From: an uncultured Candidatus Saccharibacteria bacterium
GTDB lineage: Bacteria > Patescibacteriota > Minisyncoccia > Phycocordibacterales > Zambryskibacteraceae
Direction of reading: 5' to 3'
Assembly: GCA_964509605.1 (NCBI GenBank)
Contig: CAZDXF010000001.1
Location: 79,619 to 143,618 of the forward strand
DNA length: 64,000 nucleotides
The position numbers and the translations under genes are program-made. Shown piece by piece: positions 1 to 9,660 of the stretch (position 1 is the first letter of the stretch; every line of letters begins with the position of its first letter). The notes beneath the pieces are model-generated. The model saw only the letters and a list, made by a program, of their open reading frames with translations. It ran no database searches and was not told the origin of the DNA.

Positions 1-1016
1 AACTAGAAGAACTTTCAAAAGAGTTTATTGATAGGGCAATTGAAATTACAAAAAGAGCCGTAGAAGCTTCTCCTTTTAAAGTGTCTGAAATTGAAGAAGT
101 TATTCTGGTGGGAGGACAAACCAGAATGCCAGCTATTGTTGAAGCAGTAAAAAACTTTTTTGGAAAAGAGCCCAACAAATCTATAAACCCAGATGAAGTG
201 GTTGCTTTGGGGGCCGCTGTTCAAGGTGGAATAATAGCGGGTGATGTAAAAGACATTCTTCTTTTGGATGTCATTCCTCTTTCTTTGGGGATTGAAACCT
301 TGGGAGGTGTTGCAACAAAACTGATTGAAAAAAACACCACAATTCCGGCATCAAAATCACAAATTTTTTCTACTGCAGCAGATAATCAAACTTCTGTTCA
401 AATACATATAGTGCAGGGAGAGCGCCCAATGGCAAGCGACAACAAAAGCTTGGGTCAATTTATACTTGATGGCATTCCTCCGGCTCCAAGAGGAATGCCC
501 CAAGTTGAAGTCGTCTTTGATATAGACGCTAACGGAATTCTAAATGTAAAAGCTAAAGACAAAACTAGTGGTAAAGAACAATCTATAAAAATAGAAGCTA
601 GCTCTGGTCTTTCTCAAGAAGAAATAGAAAGAATGAAAAAAGAAGCTGAACTTCACGGAGAAGAAGATAAGAAAAAAGCAGAACTAGTAGAAGCTAAAAA
701 TTTGGCAGAACAGCTTATATATACAGCTGAAAAATCTTTAAAAGACGCTCAAGATAAAGTGCCAGCAGATTTAAAACAAAATATAGAAAGTAAGATTGAA
801 ACTCTTAAAAAAGAAAAAGAGGGAAATGATCTCCAACAAATTAAAAAGACGACGGAAGAATTATCTTCAGAAGTCTCAAAAATTGGACAATTTATGAATC
901 AAGCCCAATCTCAGGGCGAACAAAAATCGGAAGGATCTTCTTCTCAAGAAAATGTTAAGGACGCAGAGTTTGAAGAGAAAAAACCAAACGAAGAACCTCC
1001 AAAAGAAAATCAGTAA
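1..1016 (+). CDS. dnaK: Chaperone DnaK (Hsp70), C-terminal ~338 codons; 5' end lies outside the window
   Basis: The reading frame is open from position 3. The translation [45 protein letters not shown] matches the conserved Hsp70 substrate-binding domain. A charged, EEKK-rich C-terminal tail follows, and dnaJ lies immediately downstream. Confidence 0.95.
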   Translation, partial: LEELSKEFIDRAIEITKRAVEASPFKVSEIEEVILVGGQTRMPAIVEAVKNFFGKEPNKSINPDEVVALGAAVQGGIIAGDVKDILLLDVIPLSLGIETLGGVATKLIEKNTTIPASKSQIFSTAADNQTSVQIHIVQGERPMASDNKSLGQFILDGIPPAPRGMPQVEVVFDIDANGILNVKAKDKTSGKEQSIKIEASSGLSQEEIERMKKEAELHGEEDKKKAELVEAKNLAEQLIYTAEKSLKDAQDKVPADLKQNIESKIETLKKEKEGNDLQQIKKTTEELSSEVSKIGQFMNQAQSQGEQKSEGSSSQENVKDAEFEEKKPNEEPPKENQ

Positions 1017-1045
1017 TTTAATGATATAGTGTAAAACATCATAAG

Positions 1046-2107
1046 ATGTCTAAAGATTATTACAAAATATTAGGTGTAGAGAAAAATGCTTCAAAAGATG
1101 AGATAAAAAAAGCCTTCAGAAAACTGGCTCACCAGTACCATCCTGATAAAAAAGAAGGAAACGCAGACAGATTTAAGGAAGTAAACGAAGCTTATAGCGT
1201 TCTTTCTGACGAAACAAAAAGAGCTCAGTACGACGCTTATGGCCAGACTTTTTCAGGAGCAACTGGAAGTGGTTTTGAAGGATTTCAAGGTTTTGATTTT
1301 TCTAATTTCAAAGATGGGGGAGTAGAGTTTGATTTGGGAGACATATTTGGCGATATATTTGGCGGAGGGGCGAGAGCTCGAAATAAAAGAGGGCGAGACA
1401 TCTCTATGGATATCGAACTCTCTTTTGAAGAATCTGTCTTCGGGGTGGAGAGAGCGATTCTTTTGAACAAAGTTTCTAAATGTCTTTCTTGTGAGGGAAG
1501 CGGGGCAAAAAAAGGTTCCAAAATGGAAACTTGTTCAACCTGCAATGGAAAAGGACAAATAAGAGAAGTACGCAGATCAATAATCGGATCATTTGCATCA
1601 GTTAGAACTTGCGAAATTTGTCATGGAAAAGGAGAAATACCGAAAGATAAGTGTCCTGATTGCAAGGGCTCTGGAGTCTTGAAAAGAGAGCAAGAGATAA
1701 AAGTAACAATACCTCCCGGAGTAGAAGATGGAGAAATGGTCCGTCTTTCTGGTATGGGAGAAGCTTTATCTCACGGAGTTGCCGGTGATCTGTATATAAA
1801 AATTCATGTTAGAGATCACTCTACTTTTAAAAAAGAAGGAAACAATTTAACAATGACGCTTCCTGTTAAACTTTCTGAGGCGCTTTTGGGCGGAGAACAA
1901 ACAATAAAAACACTGGATGGGGAAATTACAATCAAAATTCCAGAAGGCGTCGGGTTTGGCGAAATTTTGCGTGTAAAAGGCAAGGGTGTGCCACATGATA
2001 AAGGAAAGCGCGGAGATTTGCTGGTTAAAATTCAAATAGAGCTTCCTAAAAAACTTTCAAAAGAAATGAAAGAGGTTGTAGAAAAATTAAAAAAAGGTGG
2101 GATATAA
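1046..2107 (+). CDS. dnaJ: Chaperone DnaJ
   Basis: N-terminal J domain (DYYKILGV...HQYHPDKK), a G/F-rich region, four CxxCxGxG zinc-finger repeats and the C-terminal domains. It is adjacent to dnaK. Confidence 0.95.
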   Translation: MSKDYYKILGVEKNASKDEIKKAFRKLAHQYHPDKKEGNADRFKEVNEAYSVLSDETKRAQYDAYGQTFSGATGSGFEGFQGFDFSNFKDGGVEFDLGDIFGDIFGGGARARNKRGRDISMDIELSFEESVFGVERAILLNKVSKCLSCEGSGAKKGSKMETCSTCNGKGQIREVRRSIIGSFASVRTCEICHGKGEIPKDKCPDCKGSGVLKREQEIKVTIPPGVEDGEMVRLSGMGEALSHGVAGDLYIKIHVRDHSTFKKEGNNLTMTLPVKLSEALLGGEQTIKTLDGEITIKIPEGVGFGEILRVKGKGVPHDKGKRGDLLVKIQIELPKKLSKEMKEVVEKLKKGGI

Positions 2108-2303
2108 ATCAAAAAAATGAAAACGGAAAATTTTGGAGAACATTTTATGATATAATCACAACAAATGTTTTTGAAAAATAAATTTAAAATTTTTGTTTTC
2201 CTAACTATATTGATAATAATTTCAATTTGTATAACCTTCTATAAAAGCGTAGTTAAGAAAGACTTTGAAATTTTCTTGCCGCCCAAAGGAGAATATCCAG
2301 AAA

Positions 2304-2786
2304 ATGTATAAAGTTTATCCAAAAAAAACAAAAAGAACTGGAATAGGAATATTTGCTAAAAAGAATCTAAAAAGAGGGGAAGTTATTTTTATAGTGAAAG
2401 GAAACCTGGTTCATTTTATAGTAAGAAATAAGAAAGGGGCTCTATATGGAGATCGTTGGCTCAGCATTAAAAAAAACACTTGGATTAATCCAAGAGAAGA
2501 CAGCCCTTGGTATTTTATAAATCATTCCTGTAAACCCAATGCTGGAATAAAAGGCAAAATATCAATAGTGGCATTAAAAAATATAAAAAAGGGAGAAGAA
2601 ATTACAATAGACTACTCAATAACAGAAGCGGAAAAACTCTGGAGCATGAAATGTAACTGTGGTTATAAAAATTGCAGAAAAGAAATAAAATCGATTCAGT
2701 TTCTCCCTGAAAAAATATATAGAAAATATTTACCTTATATACCAAAGTATATACAAAAGGTAAAAAAACAAATTCAAAAAAAATAA
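2304..2786 (+). CDS. SET-domain protein (putative protein-lysine N-methyltransferase)
   Basis: Carries an NHSCKPN motif, ITIDY, and a post-SET-like Cys cluster (CNCGYKNC). The ORF track starts at a TTG at 2265. The ATG at 2304, preceded by GGAGA, is the more plausible start. Confidence 0.7.
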   Translation: MYKVYPKKTKRTGIGIFAKKNLKRGEVIFIVKGNLVHFIVRNKKGALYGDRWLSIKKNTWINPREDSPWYFINHSCKPNAGIKGKISIVALKNIKKGEEITIDYSITEAEKLWSMKCNCGYKNCRKEIKSIQFLPEKIYRKYLPYIPKYIQKVKKQIQKK

Positions 2787-2787
2787 A

Positions 2788-3336
2788 ATGGAATCTCTTT
2801 TCAACATAATAATTAAAAAATTATTTAAAAAAGAGACTGCAAAAAAGGGACTAAATATAAGTAGCTATCTACTTCTAGATTATTTTTTTGATTTTGTCTT
2901 ATATTACATAATGATAAGACAGTTTGGTCCCGTAGTAGGTGGTGGTTCTGTTATGTTGCTCGGTCTTATAATTGATTTGGTAATATTGCATCTATATGAC
3001 AAAAGCGGAAAAGACCATTTTGGCTTGGAAGATTTAAAAAATCTTAGAGATTATGACGGAAACAATCGTTGGAGAATCTGGATTTCAAAAACTTTAAAAA
3101 AGGGGGATCTCGTAGCTATGGTTATTCTGGCTTTTTATTCCAATCCCTGCCTGACGACCATATACATGAGACCTAAAGATGAGAAGCGCAGAAAAATGAA
3201 CTGGAAGGATAGTCTGATTTTCTCTTTCAGTGTTTTTATTGAAATATCTTGGATAATAATAGTGTATGGATTTGTATTATTAGAAGGTTTGATAAGAAGA
3301 CTATTTGATTATATAAATATGATATTATTCTCTTAA
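2788..3336 (+). CDS. Hypothetical multi-pass membrane protein
   Basis: 182-aa ORF with several hydrophobic segments and AT-rich native codon usage. No motif recognised. Confidence 0.45.
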   Translation: MESLFNIIIKKLFKKETAKKGLNISSYLLLDYFFDFVLYYIMIRQFGPVVGGGSVMLLGLIIDLVILHLYDKSGKDHFGLEDLKNLRDYDGNNRWRIWISKTLKKGDLVAMVILAFYSNPCLTTIYMRPKDEKRRKMNWKDSLIFSFSVFIEISWIIIVYGFVLLEGLIRRLFDYINMILFS

Positions 3337-3344
3337 TAATTTTT

Positions 3345-5009
3345 ATGGACATTTCGGAACTACAGGCTAGTTGTGAGTGGAGTACTTCTAAATTTCTTAT
3401 TTTGTCTGAGAATGTTTTTTCCCCTTTAATATATTATTCTCACCTTCTTCCAATTTTAGTATCTCTTTTGCTCGGGATGTTTCTGTTAATAAAAAATAGA
3501 GAATTGCTTGCTAGCAAAATACTAAGCCTTACACTTATAATTTTTTCGATTTGGACGTTTTTTGATTTGATTTTGTGGGCAAATGAAAAAGAAGATTTGA
3601 TTGTTTTCTTTTGGTCAATGCTAATTTTATTTGAGCCAATTATTTATGCTGGCTTGCTATATTTTTTGATTGTATTCGTAACTGGAAAAGATCTTGAATC
3701 AAAATCAAAGATAATAATAAGCATTCTTCTGTTGCCGACTATAATCTTCGTTCCAACAAAACTAGCCATTCTTGGTTTTGATCTAACGAACTGCAATAGG
3801 GAGGTTTTGGAAGGTCCCTTGGTTTACTACGGCTATTTGATTGAAGTGATATTCTCATTATGGGCAGCATTATTTATTTTTAGAAATTATTTCTCCGTAC
3901 CCAAACAATTTAGAAGCCAATTATTATTGTCGGGAATTGGAGTTCTTCTCTTTATGCTTGCTTTCGCTTGGGGAAATATTTCCGGAAGTCTGTCCGAAGA
4001 TTGGGCAATAGGTCAATATGGTTTACTAGGAATGCCAGTGTTAGTAGCTTTTTTGTTCTACTTGATAACTAAATTTAACACTTTCAACATTAAACTCCTG
4101 GGGTCCCAGGCACTGGTTATAACTTTGTGGGCTTTAGTAGGAAGTCTTTTATTCCTACAAACCATAGAAAATGTAAGAATTATAACTTCCATAACATTAA
4201 TAATACTTTTTGTTTTAGGAATCCAGCTGATCAGAGGTGTCAAAAGAGAAATTGAACAGAGAGAAAAGATAGAACGATTGGCATTGGACTTAGAGAAAGC
4301 AAATGCAAGACTCCGAGAACTGGATCAGCTTAAGTCTGAATTCTTGTCTTTTGCTAGCCACCAAATAAGGTCTCCACTAACAGCCATAAATGGATACTCA
4401 TCTATGATACTTCAGGGAGACTTTGGAGAAATTCCGGAAAAGATAAAGGGGGCCATTCAAACTATGGATGAATCTTCTCGAGGGCTAGTAAAAATAGTAA
4501 ATGACTTCCTAGACATATCCAGAATTGAACAAGGGAGGATGAAATATGATATGACTGACTTTGATGCAAAAGAGCTTGCAAAAGAAGTTGTTGCTGAGCT
4601 CAAACCCAATGTTGAAAATAAAGGGCTGAAAATAGATTTTTCATATGAGGGGGAAAACTTTCTTGTTAATGGAGACAAGGGAAAAATAAAACAAGTTATC
4701 GGAAACATAATAGACAATTCAATAAAATACACACCTGAAGGAATGATTCATGTTGATGTTTTAAGAAAAGCAAAAACAATAACGATTTCAGTTTCAGACA
4801 CTGGAATCGGGATACCAGAAGAAGAAATACCGAAACTGTTTTCAAAATTTAGTCGTGCCAAAGAAGCCCACAAGACAAATGTCTCTGGAACAGGCCTCGG
4901 TCTTTATGTTGCAAAACAAATGATTGAAGCACACAAGGGTAAAATCTGGGTTGAATCACAAGGAAAAGGTAGGGGCTCTACATTTTTCATAGAAATTCCA
5001 GCGAAATAA
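3345..5009 (+). CDS. Sensor histidine kinase (multi-TM N-terminus, HisKA + HATPase_c)
   Basis: About 7 N-terminal TM segments, an H-box (SFASHQIRSPLTAI), an N-box (IIDNSIKYT), and G1/G2 boxes (DTGIGI, GTGLGL). No adjacent response regulator is present in the window. Confidence 0.85.
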   Translation: MDISELQASCEWSTSKFLILSENVFSPLIYYSHLLPILVSLLLGMFLLIKNRELLASKILSLTLIIFSIWTFFDLILWANEKEDLIVFFWSMLILFEPIIYAGLLYFLIVFVTGKDLESKSKIIISILLLPTIIFVPTKLAILGFDLTNCNREVLEGPLVYYGYLIEVIFSLWAALFIFRNYFSVPKQFRSQLLLSGIGVLLFMLAFAWGNISGSLSEDWAIGQYGLLGMPVLVAFLFYLITKFNTFNIKLLGSQALVITLWALVGSLLFLQTIENVRIITSITLIILFVLGIQLIRGVKREIEQREKIERLALDLEKANARLRELDQLKSEFLSFASHQIRSPLTAINGYSSMILQGDFGEIPEKIKGAIQTMDESSRGLVKIVNDFLDISRIEQGRMKYDMTDFDAKELAKEVVAELKPNVENKGLKIDFSYEGENFLVNGDKGKIKQVIGNIIDNSIKYTPEGMIHVDVLRKAKTITISVSDTGIGIPEEEIPKLFSKFSRAKEAHKTNVSGTGLGLYVAKQMIEAHKGKIWVESQGKGRGSTFFIEIPAK

Positions 5010-5052
5010 CCTTCTTTCAAAAAAGCCCTTGTTTTGCTATGATTTTCAGCGT

Positions 5053-6039
5053 ATGAATGATGCGAAAACACTGCTGTCTGGAGTAAAACCGACAGGAAGA
5101 CCTCACATAGGAAACTATCTTGGAGCAATGAAACAGTTTGTTGAACTGCAGAGCGACTACAGAAGCTTTGTGTTTATTGCTGATCTACACGCACTTACAA
5201 CTCTCCAAGACCCCAAAGAGCTTAAGCAAAACATAATTGATGTTGCCTTAGATTACTTGGCGATAGGACTTGATCCCAAAAAAGTCGTTCTTTACAAACA
5301 ATCAGATGTCCCACAGGTAGCGGAGCTGTCCTGGATATTCAGCTGTATCACGACGATGCCATATCTTATGAGAGCGCACGCTTTTAAAGATGCTGAAGCA
5401 AAAAAGAAAGAGATAAGTGTTGGTACATTTAACTATCCAATGCTAATGACAGCGGACATATTGATTCAAGAGCCAGACATAGTGCCTGTTGGACTGGATC
5501 AAAAACAACATTTAGAAATAGCCAGAGACACAGCTTCAAAATTTAACAGATTGTTTGGTGACACTTTTAAAGTTCCAGAACCGATGATATTAGAAAATGT
5601 GCAAACAGTACCTGGAACAGATGGACAAAAGATGAGCAAAAGCTACAAAAATACGATTGGATTATTTTCGTCTGATTCGGAAATAAAAGAAGCTGTTATG
5701 AGTATAAAGACAGATTCAAAAGAAGTAGAGGAGCCAAAAGACACGGAAACTTGCAATGTTTTTGCATTGCACAAATACTTTACGGAAGGGCCTGAATTTG
5801 AAGATCTTAGAGACAGATATGAAGCTGGGGGAGTGGGATATAAAGAGTCCAAAGAAATTCTCATTAAAAATATAATAAAGTTCATGGCTCCACTAAGAGA
5901 GAAAAGGTTGGAATTGGAAAAAGACACTGACAGTGTTTTAGAAATCATAGAAAATGGAGGAAAAACAGCGCGCAGAGAAGCTGAGGAAAAAATGGAAGAA
6001 GTGAGAGAAAAAATAGGAATAAATATATATAAAAAATGA
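5053..6039 (+). CDS. trpS: Tryptophan--tRNA ligase
   Basis: HIGH-type motif TGRPHIGNYLGA and a KMSKS motif. The ORF track begins at a TTG at 5029; the ATG at 5053 is the likely start. Confidence 0.9.
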   Translation: MNDAKTLLSGVKPTGRPHIGNYLGAMKQFVELQSDYRSFVFIADLHALTTLQDPKELKQNIIDVALDYLAIGLDPKKVVLYKQSDVPQVAELSWIFSCITTMPYLMRAHAFKDAEAKKKEISVGTFNYPMLMTADILIQEPDIVPVGLDQKQHLEIARDTASKFNRLFGDTFKVPEPMILENVQTVPGTDGQKMSKSYKNTIGLFSSDSEIKEAVMSIKTDSKEVEEPKDTETCNVFALHKYFTEGPEFEDLRDRYEAGGVGYKESKEILIKNIIKFMAPLREKRLELEKDTDSVLEIIENGGKTARREAEEKMEEVREKIGINIYKK

Positions 6040-7331
6040 CAAACTGCACACACTCTTCGGAAATCAAAAACTTCATTGGAAAAGAAATCTGCGTCCAGGG
6101 ATTTGTTCAAGCTTTAAGAGTTCAAAGTAAAATAATATTCCTTGTTTTAAGAGACATAAAAGGAACCGTCCAGGCGGTGATACTTAATAATTCTCCAGAA
6201 TTTGAAAAAGTTAAAAATATTACAACCGAATCGGTCGTAAGAATATATGGAAAGGTAAAAGAGGAAAAAAACGCACCAGGCGGAGCCGAAATTGAACCTG
6301 AAAAAATAGAAATCTTATCTTTGGCAGAACCAGAACTTCCAATACCTGTAGTAACAATAAAGGGAGGAGAAGAAACGGAGGCGCCACTCAGACTTGATTA
6401 CCGATGGATAGATTTGAGAAAACCCGAGAAAGCCCATGTATTTAAAATCTGGACCGAGTTTGAAAAAGGTTGGAGAAAGTTTTGGGATGAAAACAATTTT
6501 ATACAAATATACACCCCTTCTTTTATGAGTACGCCAAGCGAATCTGGTGCGGATGTTTTTTCAGTAGATTATTTTGATAGAAAGGCATATCTGGCTCAGT
6601 CTCCACAGTTTTACAAACAAATGGCAATAGCTTCAGGTCTCGAAAGGGTATTTATGACTGGACCAGTATTTAGGGCGGAACTTTCTTTTACAACCAGACA
6701 CTTAACAGAATTTACCGGATGGGATTTTGAAATCGGTTTTATAGATTCTCACCACGACATCATGGATATGGAGGAAGGTATGATTGTCTCCGGCTTTGAA
6801 CAAATTCTAAAAACATTTCCGGACACAAATATAGAGATACCGAAACAGCCATTTCCAAGAATACCTATGGTTGAGGTGAAAGAAATTCTAAAAAAATTGG
6901 AAATACCATCTCCAGAAGAACACGACCTTTCTCCCGAAGAAGAGAGGGCCATTTCTGACTATGTAAAAAAAGAAATGAATCATGATTTTGTTTTTATAAC
7001 TGATTATCACAAATCTAAAAGCGCCTTTTATCATATGAGGCATCCAGAAGATAATGATAGGTCCAGGCGAGCAGATTTGTTGTACAGAGGCGTAGAGGTC
7101 ACTACATTGGCGCAAAGAGAACACAGGCCGGACATACTTGAAAAACAGGCAAAAGAGAAAGGGATGGATTTAGAATCCATAAAAGATTATATAAATTTCT
7201 TTAGATATGGATGCCCGCCACATGGAGGAGGGGGAGTTGGGCCTGGAAGGTTTGTAATGAAAATTTTAGATTTACCAAATGTCCGCGAGGCAACCTTTTT
7301 GCCTAGAGACGTAAAGAGACTTAATCCCTAA
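6036..7331 (+). CDS. aspS: Class IIb aminoacyl-tRNA ligase, type-2 AspRS (possibly non-discriminating) or AsnRS
   Basis: N-terminal OB anticodon-binding fold, QSPQFYKQ, FRAE, and motif 3 GGGGVGPGRFVMKIL. Its 431-aa length fits archaeal-type AspRS or AsnRS. Its start codon overlaps the trpS stop. Confidence 0.8.
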   Translation: MTNCTHSSEIKNFIGKEICVQGFVQALRVQSKIIFLVLRDIKGTVQAVILNNSPEFEKVKNITTESVVRIYGKVKEEKNAPGGAEIEPEKIEILSLAEPELPIPVVTIKGGEETEAPLRLDYRWIDLRKPEKAHVFKIWTEFEKGWRKFWDENNFIQIYTPSFMSTPSESGADVFSVDYFDRKAYLAQSPQFYKQMAIASGLERVFMTGPVFRAELSFTTRHLTEFTGWDFEIGFIDSHHDIMDMEEGMIVSGFEQILKTFPDTNIEIPKQPFPRIPMVEVKEILKKLEIPSPEEHDLSPEEERAISDYVKKEMNHDFVFITDYHKSKSAFYHMRHPEDNDRSRRADLLYRGVEVTTLAQREHRPDILEKQAKEKGMDLESIKDYINFFRYGCPPHGGGGVGPGRFVMKILDLPNVREATFLPRDVKRLNP

Positions 7332-8101
7332 TGTCCTTATCTCAATTTACAGTCAAAACTTCTTCATTTGAAGGTCCGTTAGATTTACTGCTTTCTCTTA
7401 TAGAGAAAAGAAAGCTTTTTATAAATGATATTTCACTTTCTAAAGTTGCTGATGATTATATTGAACATGTAAACAAGATGGGTGATCTACCAATGGGAAT
7501 GACCGCTCATTTTATACTCATTGCTTCAACTTTGATTTTAATTAAATCTCGCTCTCTACTACCATCCCTAGAACTATCTCAAGAAGAAGAAAAAAGTATT
7601 GAAGATTTGGAAGAAAGGTTGAGACTTTATAAAAAATTTAAAGAGCTCTCGCTTCATGTCCAAAAAAGATTTGGCAAAAAAATAATTTTTTCTAAATCTA
7701 CCGGTCCCAACATACCAATAATATTTTCTCCTGATAAAGAAATATCCACACAAGCAATTTTGCAGGCAGTCCAAAACACAATATCCAACTTGCCGAAAAA
7801 AGAATCGCTACCAAAGACTATCGTGGAAAAAATTATAAGCCTTGAAGAAATGATAGAGCGCCTAACAGAGAGGGTGTCTGATGAGTTGAAAATGAATTTT
7901 AGTGATTTTACAAAAAATCATGGTACTGCTAAAGGTTCTCGACACAAAGCAATCTCCAGAGAAGAAAAGAAAAATATTATAGTAAGTTTTCTGGCGCTTT
8001 TAGAGCTAGTAAAACAAGGAATTCTTGAGGCAACACAAGAAAAAATGGAGGAAGATATAAATATAGAAACCCCAAAACTATCCCTGCCTAATTATATTTA
8101 A
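7331..8101 (+). CDS. scpA: Segregation and condensation protein A
   Basis: N-terminus FEGPLDLLLSLIEKRKLFINDISLSKVADDY is typical of ScpA. It is followed by scpB. Confidence 0.85.
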   Translation: MSLSQFTVKTSSFEGPLDLLLSLIEKRKLFINDISLSKVADDYIEHVNKMGDLPMGMTAHFILIASTLILIKSRSLLPSLELSQEEEKSIEDLEERLRLYKKFKELSLHVQKRFGKKIIFSKSTGPNIPIIFSPDKEISTQAILQAVQNTISNLPKKESLPKTIVEKIISLEEMIERLTERVSDELKMNFSDFTKNHGTAKGSRHKAISREEKKNIIVSFLALLELVKQGILEATQEKMEEDINIETPKLSLPNYI

Positions 8102-8659
8102 ATGAAAATTGACCTAAAATCACAAATTGAAGCTGTGCTTTTTTTCAAAGGAGAACCTGTCTCTTTTTCTAAACTTTCTCAGCTTTTAAAAGTATCGAAA
8201 GATGAAATAGAAAAAGCCCTACATCAATTGGAAGAAAAGTTGAAAGACGGTGGTTTGGTTTTGATAATTAGCAACGAAACAGTGATGCTTGGAACATCGC
8301 CGGAAGCCGGAAAAATAATCGAAGAAATCACAAAAGAGGAACTGCATAAAGATCTGGGAAGAGCAGGAATGGAAACCTTGGCAATAATTCTTTACAAACA
8401 CCCGATATCAAAAAAAGAAATTGATTACATAAGAGGAGTAAACTCTTCTTTCATAATAAGAAATCTTTTAATAAGAGGGATGATCCAAAGAAAAGATGTA
8501 GAGGGGGAGAGGGGATATTCATACGAACCAACATTAGAACTTTTTGCCTTTATGGGAATTTCAAAAAAAGAAGATTTGCCAGAATATTCGGAAGTCTTGA
8601 AAGAATTTGAAAATTTTAGTAAAAATGAGAGTCAAAAAGAGGCAGAGGAAAATATTTAA
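8102..8659 (+). CDS. scpB: Segregation and condensation protein B
   Basis: Winged-helix ScpB signature (EAVLFFKGEPVS...LS). It forms an operon with scpA. Confidence 0.85.
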   Translation: MKIDLKSQIEAVLFFKGEPVSFSKLSQLLKVSKDEIEKALHQLEEKLKDGGLVLIISNETVMLGTSPEAGKIIEEITKEELHKDLGRAGMETLAIILYKHPISKKEIDYIRGVNSSFIIRNLLIRGMIQRKDVEGERGYSYEPTLELFAFMGISKKEDLPEYSEVLKEFENFSKNESQKEAEENI

Positions 8660-9622
8660 ATGGTAGAAAATAAAGGAAATTACTTTGAGATAGAAAACAA
8701 ACGTCTGATTAGTTTGGGATTTTTGTTGTTGATATTTCTCTCAATAATATTTCTTGTCTCACTGTATACATCCAGAGGAATAAGAACTTACGAAGAAAAA
8801 AAACTGGCCGAAATAGAAAAAATTAATCCCTTCGAAAACTTGGCAATAGAAGCGCGTTCAGCGATTGTCTGGGATGTAGTAAACTCTCAATCAATTTTTG
8901 AAAAAAATCCCGATGAAAAATTGCCATTGGCTTCAATAACCAAACTGATGATGGCTGTAACGGCTTTGGATTTGGTTCCGAAGTATACCGTAGTAACTAT
9001 TGATAAAAAATTCTTGGAGGAAGAAGGAGACAGCGGTCTTTTTGCAGATGAAAAATGGGAACTTAAAGATCTGATAGATCTTTCAATGGTTGTATCTTCA
9101 AATGACGCAGCATCAGCAATTGCCGCTATTTCAGGAGGAGTCTCAGCGGGTTCTGAAGTTTTTGAAATAGGAAGACAGGAATTTATAAACAAGATGAATG
9201 AAAAAGCGCTCTCTATTGGAATGGAAAAAACTATTTTCTATAAAGAAAATGGACTGGACAGAGACAAAGAAAATAGTGGTGCCTACGGTTCTGCAAGAGA
9301 CATAGCTAAACTTTTTGAATATGCTCTCAAAAACCACCCGGATATTTTAGAGGCCACAAAATATGAAAACATCAAATTAAAATCTCTAAGTCAAATATCT
9401 CATGAAGTAAAAAATACCAACCAAATAGTCGGGGAAATACCTGGTCTTATAGGCTCAAAAACGGGCTATACAGAGCTTTCGGGGGGAAATTTGGGGGTAA
9501 TCATAGATCCGGGAATAGGAAGGCCTATAATAATAATCGTGCTGGGATCTGGCTATGAAAAGAGATTTGAGGATGTGGCTCTTCTTTCAAGGAAAACTCT
9601 AGACTATTTGGGGTCAAACTAA
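8660..9622 (+). CDS. D-alanyl-D-alanine carboxypeptidase (class C PBP, S11)
   Basis: N-terminal TM anchor plus SxxK (SITKLM), SxN (SSND) and KTG (KTGYT) active-site motifs. Confidence 0.8.
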   Translation: MVENKGNYFEIENKRLISLGFLLLIFLSIIFLVSLYTSRGIRTYEEKKLAEIEKINPFENLAIEARSAIVWDVVNSQSIFEKNPDEKLPLASITKLMMAVTALDLVPKYTVVTIDKKFLEEEGDSGLFADEKWELKDLIDLSMVVSSNDAASAIAAISGGVSAGSEVFEIGRQEFINKMNEKALSIGMEKTIFYKENGLDRDKENSGAYGSARDIAKLFEYALKNHPDILEATKYENIKLKSLSQISHEVKNTNQIVGEIPGLIGSKTGYTELSGGNLGVIIDPGIGRPIIIIVLGSGYEKRFEDVALLSRKTLDYLGSN

Positions 9623-9660
9623 TCCCTTTTACAATCATGGGCTAATGTATAATAAAGCCC

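Noticed and set aside
2265-2303. TTG-initiated N-terminal extension of the SET-domain gene, and similarly TTG-initiated extensions of trpS (5029) and proS (56074)
   Set aside because: Downstream in-frame ATGs coincide with the start of the conserved protein N-termini. The ORF-track starts appear to be the first in-frame alternative start codons rather than true starts.
5643-6110. 155-aa minus-strand ORF
   Set aside because: It is antisense to trpS and the low-complexity product is artefactual. The same applies to ORFs 4058..4243, 4457..4732, 6315..6506, 6749..7124, 10035..10601, 11428..11712, 13680..13970, 23688..24351, 61213..62142 and similar ORFs nested in confidently called genes.
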